The notes under the pieces: generated by a model | Databases searched by the model: none | Told to the model about the DNA's origin: nothing | What the model saw: only the letters and a program-made list of their open reading frames with translations | Program-made: the position numbers and the translations under genes | Source: Planctomycetota bacterium | GTDB lineage: Bacteria; Planctomycetota; B15-G4 | NCBI GenBank assembly: GCA_965248575.1 | Contig: CBDFJQ010000002.1 | Coordinates: forward strand, 4,160,001 to 4,224,000 | Direction of reading: 5' to 3' | Length of the DNA stretch: 64,000 nt | Shown: piece by piece, positions 8,949-17,919 of the stretch | Position numbering within the stretch: position 1 is the first letter of the stretch | Layout: the number at the start of each line of letters is the position of its first letter

Positions 8949-10073
8949 ATGGCTATGCGACCCATCCGAGACTACGCGGGCAGCCTAGAAGAACAAGACC
9001 CCGTTGCCGTGCAGGCCTTCGACGCCGAGTTCGGCGGGCGACTCCGTGAGCACGATGGAGCCTTACGGTGGTATCTCCTCCGGTACTGGGACTTCACGAA
9101 GAAGCTACGGCGGAAGGACCTCTACAAGCGCTGCCTCAATAGATTCCACTTCGACTTCGTCGAGGTCGACAAGTTGAACGCCTTCGCATCTTCGCGCAAT
9201 GGTGTCAACCTTGTTGCGTGTTTCACCGGAGCGTTTACGAATATCACGTCGTTCTTCACTCTTCTCCTATCGCATCCGGAAGTGCTTCCGTCTGTTGGAA
9301 ACGCATCCGACGAAAAGCGTTGGATACGGTCCCTTCGCCATTGCAACTGGTCCTCCAGTTGGTCCGATGTACTGGCGAACATCGACGTCTACCAGACTCC
9401 TCCCCCGAGCTTCCCGATTGACCCGACCAGGAAGCTCTTCGCGCATAGGCTTTCAATTCTAGCTATGGATTTCCTCTTCTTCCACGAGATCGGGCATTTG
9501 GTCAACGGCCATCTCGAGTTACTGCGTGGCAGCGCTGAACTTGGCGCTCTCGAAGAGGCATCCTTTACGGAAGGATCCAGTCTCATACCCCTGGATTACC
9601 AAGCACTTGAGCTCAACGCTGATAGCCATGCCGTGATCGCAATGACACCGGAGCTACTTGCACTTCCTGAGGTGTTACCGCCGACTTCGACATTTGAAAC
9701 GGGCTCCGAGGCTATTGAGTCTCTCGTTCTCGCAATGCTGTCAGTCTTCATTCTCTTCGATCGAACAGCTTCATCCTTGAAACGCTACGACTCGGCGCGC
9801 CATCCTCACCCGGCCGTTCGACTTGCCAACGTGCACCATGGGACGGTTCAATTGGCCGCGGGCTTTGGACCAGAGACTCAAGACAGACTCAGGTCTTCCT
9901 GGAGCCAAGCATTTGATCAAGCGGAGCAAATGTGCTCTTGCTTGGGTGTGGGGGCATCGGTGTGGCACGCAGCAGAGCATGAAGGCGAGGCAACGATCGA
10001 GGCGTTTGCTCGGACAGCGAAGCACTTTGCTTTGATTGACAAGAAGCTACGGCCAGATCTGGGGCGATTCTAA
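8949..10073 (+). CDS. Cassette 3: HExxH zinc metallopeptidase, Lit (peptidase U49)/M48-like
   Basis: FFHEIGHLVNGH, downstream ELNAD and HPHPAVR motifs; no signal peptide. Confidence 0.7.
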   Translation: MAMRPIRDYAGSLEEQDPVAVQAFDAEFGGRLREHDGALRWYLLRYWDFTKKLRRKDLYKRCLNRFHFDFVEVDKLNAFASSRNGVNLVACFTGAFTNITSFFTLLLSHPEVLPSVGNASDEKRWIRSLRHCNWSSSWSDVLANIDVYQTPPPSFPIDPTRKLFAHRLSILAMDFLFFHEIGHLVNGHLELLRGSAELGALEEASFTEGSSLIPLDYQALELNADSHAVIAMTPELLALPEVLPPTSTFETGSEAIESLVLAMLSVFILFDRTASSLKRYDSARHPHPAVRLANVHHGTVQLAAGFGPETQDRLRSSWSQAFDQAEQMCSCLGVGASVWHAAEHEGEATIEAFARTAKHFALIDKKLRPDLGRF

Positions 10074-10081
10074 ATGTTTCC

Positions 10082-10148
10082 GCCTCACAAGCGCTTGCAG
10101 AGGACGGTCCGATGCGGGGCCCTCCGCTGAACCACCAGTCCGATCCGT
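10082..10148 (+). other. attC site 3 (degenerate)
   Basis: GCCTCAC-AAGCG-CTTGCAG...GCTGAAC-CACCAGTCC-GATCCGT; arms align with attC1 and attC2, but both R boxes are mutated. Confidence 0.6.
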
Positions 10149-10210
10149 TCTTCGACGGCCTGTCGCGCAGCGCCTCGATGTTCACGGCCTGCACCCGGAC
10201 CTCCCGAGCC

Positions 10211-12220
10211 CTAATTATACGACTCCAACCACACCTCGTCCGGATCGGCACTGACCGCATCCAGCCGAAACGTCGCCGATGCCGGCGGAGAGGACGTCCG
10301 CACCACGTACCGCCCCGGTGGGAGCCCCGACAAGCGGAGCTGTCCCTCGGCGTCCGTGGAGAGGGCGCCTCGCGAGAAGATCGCGAGGTAGTCGTTGATC
10401 AGCGGGGAGCCCGTCTCGGCCGTGAGCACGACCGTCGTGATCCCTGTGCCGCTCGGTGCATGCACGACCACCGAGGGTGCGGTGAGGTCCATGTAGAGCG
10501 TGGGGAGGTGCGCCGGTCCGGCGGGGTCCAGCTCGATCTCGGCGAGGGCCAGGGTGAGGACGCCGGGCGATGGCTCCGCGCCCACCACGACGATGCCGTC
10601 ATTGCCGGTGAAGTCCTTGAACTCGAATCGACCGTCCCTGCCCACGGGCACTACGGCCGTCCCCGGGTGGAGCGTCGCGTCCAGCAGGACCGCCTGGAAC
10701 AACCTGTCGCCGCCGGCAGGCAGGACGGCCAGCCCATGGAGCGTGCGGGCGGTTGGCGCACTGCCTAGCCACACGTCGCGCCTCTCGCCCTGGGCGAGGT
10801 CGACGGACGCAGAGCCTGGCACCGCGTGAAGGTTGCCGCCGGGGTCTTCCTTGAGCAGCCCCACCGTGTACGACCCGGGCGGGAGCCCGCCGCAGACGGC
10901 CTCACCGGAGCCGATGCCGCTCCCGGTGCCGATCGTGGGTGTCGACATCGGCACCAGCTGCGTGCGGATGAACGCGGGGTTCGTCTCGCTCGCGGAGAGC
11001 GCGACCCACGGGAGATCGCCGCCTCCGTGCTCGACATGGACCGCGAGAGTCGCGCCCGGCGACAGAACCACCTCGACGTCGTCGCCGGCACGCACGTCTG
11101 CCAGCCACGGAACGTGCCCCGGATGCCAGACCAGCAGTTGGAGCGGCGCGTCTCCCGCAGCGTCGAGTTCGAAGCGCCCGGACGCGTCCGTGATCGTCCG
11201 GCGTCGGGCAGCCGGATCGAGGGTGGCCAGGAGCCACGCCTCGGAGAGCTGCAGGTCGTCGTTCTCCACCAAGGGAGTACCCGGGTCGGTGCCTTGGGGG
11301 ACGAGCTGCACGCTCGAGCCTATGAGTCCAGGGTGCCCGGGATGCCCCGGGTGCCCAATGCGTCCGAGGTGCTCGGGGTGCATGGGGCAGCGGACGACGC
11401 CGGTGACCACGGGCGGCGGCCGCAGCTCGAACACGTGCTCACCCGGCAGCTCCGCCAGCGGGATCCAGGGGGTGCTGTCGGCCCCCACGCCCTCGACGTG
11501 GACCGACAGCCGCACCCGCTTCGCGGAAAGCGTGAGCGGCGGAGCGGCGAGGCAGAACCTCCCGGCGCTGCACGCCACGCTCCTCTCGATGGGGAGCAGG
11601 TGCACCTCAGGGAGCGTCCCAGGATCATCGGACCGGCTCTCGATCTTCAGCTGGAGCGGGCCCTCGTAGCGGGTTCCCGTGCGACCGTCCACCACGAGGC
11701 CGGTGAAGACGAGGTCCGGCTTGAGGTTCAGCCGCACCTCGTTAGGAGGTTCGCCGCCATACACGTCGACCGAGGTGGTCGCGGGCTCGGTGTGACGAGA
11801 CTTGACATCGATGCGCCAGGTGCCGGGCTCCAACCCGCGGAACGCCTCCCGCTCCGACATCACGATGAGCCGCGAGAACTGTCCGCTGGCGACATGAGTG
11901 AGCGAGACCAGGGCGTGCCCGCCCCACGCGCAGCCGGAGATCGTCTCCAGGACCAGGTCGAAGCCGCTCTCGGCGGAGGCGGCCGGCAGGAGTGCGGTGG
12001 GATTCTCGACGTCAGGCGATGGCACAGCCAGGTTTGAGGGCAGCGGCGGGAGTACCTGCTCCTCTGCCAGCGCCGGTGCCGGGTCGCCGGCTCCCGCCAA
12101 CCCGGATCCGACAACGGCGGACGGTTCCTCGATCGCCTCGTCCGCCATGCTCCACACGGCGACCGCCACGATCACGGCGAACACGCCGACGGACCACCCG
12201 GTCATTGCACCTCGCGTCAT
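10211..12220 (-). CDS. Membrane-anchored/exported protein with carboxypeptidase-regulatory-like (Cna/prealbumin-fold) repeats
   Basis: N-terminal TM; repeated TDASGRF, GLPPGSY and GLPPGRY beta-sandwich motifs; GHPGHPGHPG micro-repeat at ~11328-11358. Confidence 0.7.
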   Translation of the reverse strand: MTRGAMTGWSVGVFAVIVAVAVWSMADEAIEEPSAVVGSGLAGAGDPAPALAEEQVLPPLPSNLAVPSPDVENPTALLPAASAESGFDLVLETISGCAWGGHALVSLTHVASGQFSRLIVMSEREAFRGLEPGTWRIDVKSRHTEPATTSVDVYGGEPPNEVRLNLKPDLVFTGLVVDGRTGTRYEGPLQLKIESRSDDPGTLPEVHLLPIERSVACSAGRFCLAAPPLTLSAKRVRLSVHVEGVGADSTPWIPLAELPGEHVFELRPPPVVTGVVRCPMHPEHLGRIGHPGHPGHPGLIGSSVQLVPQGTDPGTPLVENDDLQLSEAWLLATLDPAARRRTITDASGRFELDAAGDAPLQLLVWHPGHVPWLADVRAGDDVEVVLSPGATLAVHVEHGGGDLPWVALSASETNPAFIRTQLVPMSTPTIGTGSGIGSGEAVCGGLPPGSYTVGLLKEDPGGNLHAVPGSASVDLAQGERRDVWLGSAPTARTLHGLAVLPAGGDRLFQAVLLDATLHPGTAVVPVGRDGRFEFKDFTGNDGIVVVGAEPSPGVLTLALAEIELDPAGPAHLPTLYMDLTAPSVVVHAPSGTGITTVVLTAETGSPLINDYLAIFSRGALSTDAEGQLRLSGLPPGRYVVRTSSPPASATFRLDAVSADPDEVWLESYN

Positions 12221-12332
12221 GGTGTCGCTTCCTCGCCGCAGGGTGTCGCGACGTCATGTCAGGCCATGCCTTGTCATGGGGCATCGCGACGTCGTCCCGC
12301 CATGAACGATCGACACGTTTGTCGCTGTCTGC

Positions 12333-12761
12333 CTACGGACAATCCCACGGCGCCGTGTCGCGCTCAACGATAGAGTAGCTCACGAGGTACCAGACGGTCT
12401 TCCAGCTGATCCCGAAGACCCCCCTCACGGGAATCTTGTAGCAGCCAAACAGGTACTGGAAGTACACGCACTTGCCGGCTGGGATGTCGAATGGCCCGAC
12501 GCAGTCCGAAACACCGATCGAGACCTGGACTTTGGTGGACGACCCCCCGGACGCCTTGAAGCCGGGCCCGAAACCTTCAACGCGGGTTTTGGTGCCCACT
12601 TCGACCAGCACGCTCGATGTGTGGCACTTGGTCAATGGAATTGGCACCGAGAGGCAGTTGCAGGTGGCGGGGCCGGTTCCTTCCGCCACACCCGCCAGGA
12701 CGACAGGGCCGGGCATCAGGAGCGCGATCGCGGTGACAACGGACAGGATGAAGCGGGGCAT
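12333..12761 (-). CDS. Small secreted Cys-rich hypothetical protein
   Basis: Signal peptide MPRFILSVVTAIALLMPGPVVLA, GGAG upstream of ATG 12761, 7 Cys in the mature part. Confidence 0.65.
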   Translation of the reverse strand: MPRFILSVVTAIALLMPGPVVLAGVAEGTGPATCNCLSVPIPLTKCHTSSVLVEVGTKTRVEGFGPGFKASGGSSTKVQVSIGVSDCVGPFDIPAGKCVYFQYLFGCYKIPVRGVFGISWKTVWYLVSYSIVERDTAPWDCP

Positions 12762-12980
12762 GGACGGATCTCCGGGACGTGTTGACGAGTGCAACCCGAT
12801 ACTCCGCGGGCGCGTGCTCAGAACTCAATACATGTGCCGGCTGAGTCGACTGAACGCAGGGCGTGCAGCGGGTTGATGCCAGGAATGCACCGAGTCACTA
12901 GACCAATCCAGATCCAGCGTCCGTCACGAACGCCCAGCCTCAGTTCGCCGGTCTCCTGCCGCTGGATAACATTTGCCTCA

Positions 12981-13235
12981 CCGCGCGGGGCAACCAACAC
13001 GCCAGAGCACACGAAGATGCCCACCATGCACACCGGGAACGCGAGAGCAGGGAGCAGAGGACGTCGGCTCCGCCGAGCAAGCCTGACACCCATGGCCATC
13101 CCCGAACCCAGCGCTGCGGCGCCGAGATAACCCAGCCACGAGAGCCCAGGAACCCAGAACCCAGCGAGCGGCGCAGCATCCAACGCCAACAAGCTCCCCG
13201 CCATCACCAGCACTGCGCTCAGCCGAAACCCCGCC
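12981..13235 (-). pseudogene. Diverged duplicate of the 3' end of the GT2 gene (15725-15997)
   Basis: Encodes AGFRLSAVLVMAGSLLALDAAPL...GVRLARRSRRPLLPALAFP...CMVGIF versus GT2 AGFRLSAVLVMAGSLLALDAAPL...GVRLARWSHRPLLPALAYP...CMVGIL. Two small in-frame deletions; lacks the catalytic domain. Confidence 0.8.
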
Positions 13236-13262
13236 GCAACGTCGATGTCTAGCGGGCCCAGT

Positions 13263-14825
13263 TCACTCTCCGGCTGCCTGCCGGGCGATCGCCCGCAACG
13301 CCCCATCGACATGTCGTTCCTGGACTTCGTTGATGGGGCCGTTGGTTGCAACGACCGCAGCGAGACCCAGCTCGGGCCAGGCCCGAAACTTCGCCCAGTG
13401 AACTCCGGTGGACCCGACATGACCCATGTAAGAGTGCCCGTCCACTTGCCCGGGGCCGACGCCGCATGCGTAGGGGCTGCCGTTGTCGGTCCGCTGGAGT
13501 TCGGCAAACACCGCAGCTGGCGCCAGTGGCGAGTCTCCCCGCGGGCCCAGGACCTGTTGCAGCGCCAGGGTCGCGAAGTCCTTGATGTCGAGCTGCAGGT
13601 CGCCCGCGGGCGCTAGGAAAGCTCCCAGCACCAGGTCTTCCTGGAACGCGGTGACGAGGCCCGTCTCTGGATCGAGACCGTGCCCCCAGACACCGCCCGG
13701 GTTGGCTGCCGTCGCTGGCCAACCAAAGCCAGCTGACCCGATGCCAAGCGGCTCGAACACGCGCTGCTGCAGGGCCTGTTCGTACGATTGATCAAGGACT
13801 CGTTCGCAAACGTGCGCGATCAAGCAGTAACCGGCGTTGGAGTAGTGCGTGTTTCCGACGGTCGTTTCTGGAGCGGCCGCGAGTACGTCAGCCAGGTAGG
13901 TCGCCCGCTGCTCGGTGGGTGTGCCTTCGAGTCGGCTGTAGCGATCGATAGCAGCGGCGATGTCCTCTGAGTGCCCTGCGAGTCCAGCCCGATGGCGCAA
14001 GACGTCTGCGAGCGTCACGTCTGCGTACGCCGCGTGCATCGCAGAGGCGCCGTCGTTCGCTTTGCTCAGGTGGCTCCTGATCGTGTCGGTCCAATCGAGC
14101 TTGCCTTCGGCCACGAGAGTCGCCATGAGCAGAGCCGTCGCCGACTTCGTGCACGACCCGACGTGAATCGCGTCGGAGACCTGGGCCAACTCGGATGAGC
14201 CGATCTTCCGCGCTCCGGCAGTCGCCGCGTTGACCGTGTTGGCGGGCTGCTCGCCGATTCGCGCGATGCCCACGGCCCACATGACCGAGCCGGTCTCTAG
14301 CAGCAATCGATCGGCGATGGATTGGGCCGGATTGTCCGCAGCGCACTCGCGGGTGTAGTCCGGCGCCCACGCTGGCGGTGCCAGGGCATTCACCACGCGC
14401 ACTCCCCTGAACTTCTCGGGGTCTTCTGTGTCAGGTGAGAAGGTCCACGAAAGCCACTCAAGTGCTTCCGGAGCCGTGTCCAACCCGGCGGCCAGGCAGG
14501 TGAGAATCTCGAGACGCAGCATGGAGTCCTCCACGACCACGGCCTGGGTGAAGGCCGGGATCTGCGCAGCGATCTCCAGATGCGTCTCGGTCCAGCCGTC
14601 GAGCCCCAGGCGACTCAGTTCGCGCGGCGCCAGGCGGGTCTCCATGAGCCGTCGCAGGTCCTCCCCGCTGTCGCGCTGGAGCGCGTCGAGATAGTCCGCG
14701 GCGATCGCGCCGAGCACTTCGTTTCGCGTGTCGAAGCGAAGCTCCAGTACGTCTGCAGACTGCTCCTGCCGGGCGAATGCCACGATCGCGATCAGGGCAA
14801 GCTGGAGTTGCTGGTGGAAACGCAT
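13263..14825 (-). CDS. Exported serine hydrolase (class C beta-lactamase/AmpC-like family)
   Basis: SxxK (GSCTKS), YSN and HVG motifs; signal peptide; ~150-aa extra N-terminal domain. Confidence 0.88.
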   Translation of the reverse strand: MRFHQQLQLALIAIVAFARQEQSADVLELRFDTRNEVLGAIAADYLDALQRDSGEDLRRLMETRLAPRELSRLGLDGWTETHLEIAAQIPAFTQAVVVEDSMLRLEILTCLAAGLDTAPEALEWLSWTFSPDTEDPEKFRGVRVVNALAPPAWAPDYTRECAADNPAQSIADRLLLETGSVMWAVGIARIGEQPANTVNAATAGARKIGSSELAQVSDAIHVGSCTKSATALLMATLVAEGKLDWTDTIRSHLSKANDGASAMHAAYADVTLADVLRHRAGLAGHSEDIAAAIDRYSRLEGTPTEQRATYLADVLAAAPETTVGNTHYSNAGYCLIAHVCERVLDQSYEQALQQRVFEPLGIGSAGFGWPATAANPGGVWGHGLDPETGLVTAFQEDLVLGAFLAPAGDLQLDIKDFATLALQQVLGPRGDSPLAPAAVFAELQRTDNGSPYACGVGPGQVDGHSYMGHVGSTGVHWAKFRAWPELGLAAVVATNGPINEVQERHVDGALRAIARQAAGE

Positions 14826-14869
14826 AGGTGTGGCTCCAAGGCGCTGGAAAGAGACTGTTTCTCAGCATA

Positions 14870-14886
14870 TAGTGCGATTCGCAATA
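14870..14886. promoter_or_regulatory. Imperfect palindrome, candidate PadR operator
   Basis: TAGTGCGA-T-TCGCAATA in the short AT-rich spacer between the divergent hydrolase and PadR genes. Confidence 0.4.
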
Positions 14887-14900
14887 AATGGAGATGGACG

Positions 14901-15452
14901 GTGAACCTGACTGAACTCGAAGGCGCTGTCCTGGGCACCGTGTGGCGCGAGGCGCCCGTGACGGCGTACGGCGTGCGCGCGCTCTTCGCCGATTCGCTGA
15001 CCAGCTCTTGGACAGCGAGCACCGGGTCGGTCTACCCCGCGATCCGCCGCCTCCGGGAGCGGAACTTGATCGCATCCGCCAAACGGAACGGCGACGGTCG
15101 GGCCACGCGAGAGTTGTCCGTCACCAAGCCGGGTCTGGCCGCTCTGCGGGACTGGATCAGGGACATCGACGCCGCGATCGGAATACCCACGGACCCGCTG
15201 CGCTCACGGATGCAGTTCCTTGGATCGCTGGACAGCCGCTCGCGGCGGCGCTGGGCGAGCGAGACGAGTGATCGATTGAATCAGCAGATAGAGCCCATCA
15301 ATGAGGCACTGAACCTGATCGATGCGGGCTCGGAAGGTGATCCGGCCGGTTCCAAAGCCACCTGGGTCAGGCGCGCAACGCTTTGGACGCGGGCCGCGGC
15401 CAAGGCTCGGGCACAACTGGCGACTCGGCTGCGGGATGAGCTCGACGGATAG
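14901..15452 (+). CDS. PadR family transcriptional regulator
   Basis: TAYGV...WTASTGSVYPAIRRL...ELSVTKPG winged-helix pattern. Start trimmed to GTG 14901. Confidence 0.85.
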   Translation: MNLTELEGAVLGTVWREAPVTAYGVRALFADSLTSSWTASTGSVYPAIRRLRERNLIASAKRNGDGRATRELSVTKPGLAALRDWIRDIDAAIGIPTDPLRSRMQFLGSLDSRSRRRWASETSDRLNQQIEPINEALNLIDAGSEGDPAGSKATWVRRATLWTRAAAKARAQLATRLRDELDG

Positions 15453-15651
15453 GAACTGTGCCGACATCATCTTGGTGCTTGTTTGTCGCTCTCCAACCGC
15501 CCGGCGCACCTGCATCCTGAATCCAAACTTGCACGGTCGCCCTGAGCCCTAGCAGGAAGGCTGGCCAGGGGTGCGAACGGTCAAGAGAGCCTTGGCTGTT
15601 GTGATCTGCTGTGCGCAGATTATCACTCCAAGGTACCTCCGCTGACGGCGA

Positions 15652-16875
15652 TCACAGGAAGCGCACCCGTGCCCGACTCCTCAGGCTCTTGGAGCTGTGA
15701 AAGGTACCGCGCCACGAAATGCCTCCGCGCAAAGCACCCAACACCCCGGAGCGCAGGAGTATGCCCACCATGCACAGCGTGCCAATCGGGTATGCCAGCG
15801 CGGGGAGCAGCGGACGGTGGCTCCAACGAGCAAGCCTGACGCCCATGCCCAATCCCGAAACCAGCGCCACAACGCCGAGCCATCCCAACCACGAAAGCCC
15901 CTGGATCCAGAACCCAGCTAGCGCAGCAAGCGGCGCCGCATCCAACGCCAGCAAACTCCCCGCCATGACCAGCACAGCGCTCAACCGAAACCCCGCCACG
16001 GCAAACGTGTTCTTCTCCAACCCCCGCGCCATCTCCGGCAGCGAGTGATACCAACGCACGCTCAGCAGCCCGCGCCCCAGCGCCACGCCACAACGCGCCC
16101 CCGACTGCTTCAGCATCTTGCCCAGCGCCACATCGTCCACGACGTCGAGCGCCAGCCACGGAAAGCCCTCGGTGGCTTCCAGCGCGCTGCGCCGTACGAG
16201 GTTGAACGCGCCCACACCGATGAAGGCCTCGCTGTTGGGGTCTTCCACCTTCCACAGCTTCTGTCCCAGAACGAAGCAACGGCCGAAGGCGGCGATGGTG
16301 CTGTCGAGCAGGAAGTTCTCGGGCGGCATGTCGGGCATGAGCACGAGGTGGTCGAGCTCGCGCTCCTCGGCATGGGCCACGGCCAGGGACAGGCAGCGCG
16401 GCGCGAAGTGGACGTCCGCATCGGTGAACAGCAACCAGTCAGTGGTCGCACCGGCCAGGCCTGTCTGCAGGGCATGGGTCTTGCCTAGCCAGCCCTCGGG
16501 CAGGGTCTCGATGTGCACGGCCTGCACCCGGCGGTCCTGGGCCGCCAGCCCATCGATCAACTGGGGCGTCTCATCGCCTGAGCGATCGTCGACTAAGACC
16601 AGCTCCAGGGCCGGGTGATCCTGGGCGAGCAGCGAGGCGGCGGCGGCGGGCAGCGTGTGCGCTTCGTCCCGCGCGGGGACGATCACGCGCAAGCTGCCCA
16701 CAGTGTCGCGACCGGTGCCACCCGGACCACCAACCGGGAGAGCCGGCGTCCAGTCGATGAGCGGGCGCAGGACCCGTTGGACCTTCACCCCAGCCCAGGC
16801 GCCAGCCATCCACGCCAGGCAACCCAGCGTGGCGAGGACTGCGAAAACGATCTGGATCGTGCTGAGCTCAGGCAT
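15652..16875 (-). CDS. GT2 family glycosyltransferase (HpnB/CrtQ-like)
   Basis: IVPARDE, VDDRS, GWLGK, FTDAD, DD and C-terminal TM region ending SWRG. Start trimmed to ATG 16875. Confidence 0.9.
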   Translation of the reverse strand: MPELSTIQIVFAVLATLGCLAWMAGAWAGVKVQRVLRPLIDWTPALPVGGPGGTGRDTVGSLRVIVPARDEAHTLPAAAASLLAQDHPALELVLVDDRSGDETPQLIDGLAAQDRRVQAVHIETLPEGWLGKTHALQTGLAGATTDWLLFTDADVHFAPRCLSLAVAHAEERELDHLVLMPDMPPENFLLDSTIAAFGRCFVLGQKLWKVEDPNSEAFIGVGAFNLVRRSALEATEGFPWLALDVVDDVALGKMLKQSGARCGVALGRGLLSVRWYHSLPEMARGLEKNTFAVAGFRLSAVLVMAGSLLALDAAPLAALAGFWIQGLSWLGWLGVVALVSGLGMGVRLARWSHRPLLPALAYPIGTLCMVGILLRSGVLGALRGGISWRGTFHSSKSLRSRARVRFL

Positions 16876-16898
16876 GACCCCGCAGAGTCTGCCACGGC

Positions 16899-17312
16899 TC
16901 AGGCGGCGGAGGCGTCTCTTTGCGCTTGGATCATGCGGGCGTTGACCACATCCAGGGCTTCGACCCAGGTGGTCGCCATCTCGGGCGTCCACTTCTCACC
17001 GAAGTAGCCGGCGAGGGTGTTCAGCAGCGAGGCCGTGACGAAGGGGTACATGTTCTCGGTCACGCCATAGCCCTCGTGGCTGTGGCCCATCTTGTCGAGG
17101 GCGGGCAGCAAGTCGTCGGGCCTGTCCACCAACTCCACCACCAGCGAGAGCGTGGCCATGAGCTTCTTGCGCTGCTGGCTGAAGTCCGTGTCGGCGAACA
17201 GCGGGCGCACTTGCGGGTAGGTGTTCAGCAAGGTGCCGTAGAAGGCCTCGGCGGCAGCTTCAGCGTTGGGGCGGACGGCTTCGAAGGAAGAGCGGAGCAG
17301 GGCGATGTCCAT
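16899..17312 (-). CDS. Single-domain globin (flavohemoglobin globin-domain/Vgb-like)
   Basis: FY (TyrB10), PLF (CD1), QR (GlnE7), proximal His in GHSHEGYGV; no reductase domain. Confidence 0.92.
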   Translation of the reverse strand: MDIALLRSSFEAVRPNAEAAAEAFYGTLLNTYPQVRPLFADTDFSQQRKKLMATLSLVVELVDRPDDLLPALDKMGHSHEGYGVTENMYPFVTASLLNTLAGYFGEKWTPEMATTWVEALDVVNARMIQAQRDASAA

Positions 17313-17400
17313 CGGTGGTCAAGGTCTCGTGTGGAGGGAAGAAAGGGCCAGGCCTTGCAGCGCTGGCTTGTCGTGAAGCGGGAGATTGGTGGGTGAAGCC

Positions 17401-17856
17401 CTAGGACAGCGTGGGCAACTGGGCGAGGCCGGAGCTGGCAGACGGCTTGGCCACGAGGTCGGCCAAGGTCGTGCCCTCGAGCACGGCGTAGAAGGCGGCC
17501 TCGGCGGCCATGAGCTTGCGGCGCAGGCGGCAGCCCGGTTCGAGCACGCAAACCGTGGGCTCGACGACGCACTCCAGGACGCCGTTGCGGCCTTCGAAAT
17601 CGCCGACAACCGCGGCTGCATCGATGTCCTCGGGGGCCATGGCCAGGCGCACACCGCCGCCGCGGCCGGAGCGCGTGGCCGTGTAGCCATGGCGGCTCAG
17701 GGCCTGGACCACCTTCACCAGGTGCTCGCGGGAGATGTCGTAGGCCTCGGCCATGGAGTCCACTCGGACCAGGGTCTCGGCCCCGTCAGTGGTGCCCGCA
17801 CGGGCCAGGTAGATGAGCACCCGCAGGGCGTAATCGGTCTGGAGTCGAAGCTTCAT
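17401..17856 (-). CDS. nsrR: Rrf2 family regulator, NsrR-like
   Basis: TDYALRVLIYL, HLVKVVQ, RSGRGGG and three Cys (CxxxxxCxxxxxC); sits immediately upstream of a globin. Confidence 0.85.
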   Translation of the reverse strand: MKLRLQTDYALRVLIYLARAGTTDGAETLVRVDSMAEAYDISREHLVKVVQALSRHGYTATRSGRGGGVRLAMAPEDIDAAAVVGDFEGRNGVLECVVEPTVCVLEPGCRLRRKLMAAEAAFYAVLEGTTLADLVAKPSASSGLAQLPTLS

Positions 17857-17859
17857 GGG

Positions 17860-17886
17860 TAAAGTGGTATCACGCGTACCACTTTA
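17860..17886. promoter_or_regulatory. Perfect inverted repeat, candidate NsrR/Rrf2 operator overlapping the promoter
   Basis: TAAAGTGGTA-N7-TACCACTTTA just upstream of the regulator ATG; TTGACT (-35, minus strand) at 17887-17892. Confidence 0.75.
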
Positions 17887-17919
17887 AGTCAACGAGCGTT
17901 TGGGCGAGCGCTCCGTAAG

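Larger units (their letters stand above)
7679..10148 (+). mobile_element. Integron gene-cassette array without integrase (CALIN), 3 cassettes
   Basis: Visibly lower GC than the flanks. Core sites GTTAGGC at 7679, 7984 and 8348 and GTTAGTC at 8905. Each of three same-strand ORFs is followed by an attC-like imperfect palindrome. No tyrosine recombinase in the window. Confidence 0.75.

Noticed and set aside
12818..13507. 229-aa ORF as a real gene
   Set aside because: The N-terminal part is an alternative frame of the hydrolase 3' end and the rest is the duplicated GT2 fragment; treated as a pseudogene remnant.
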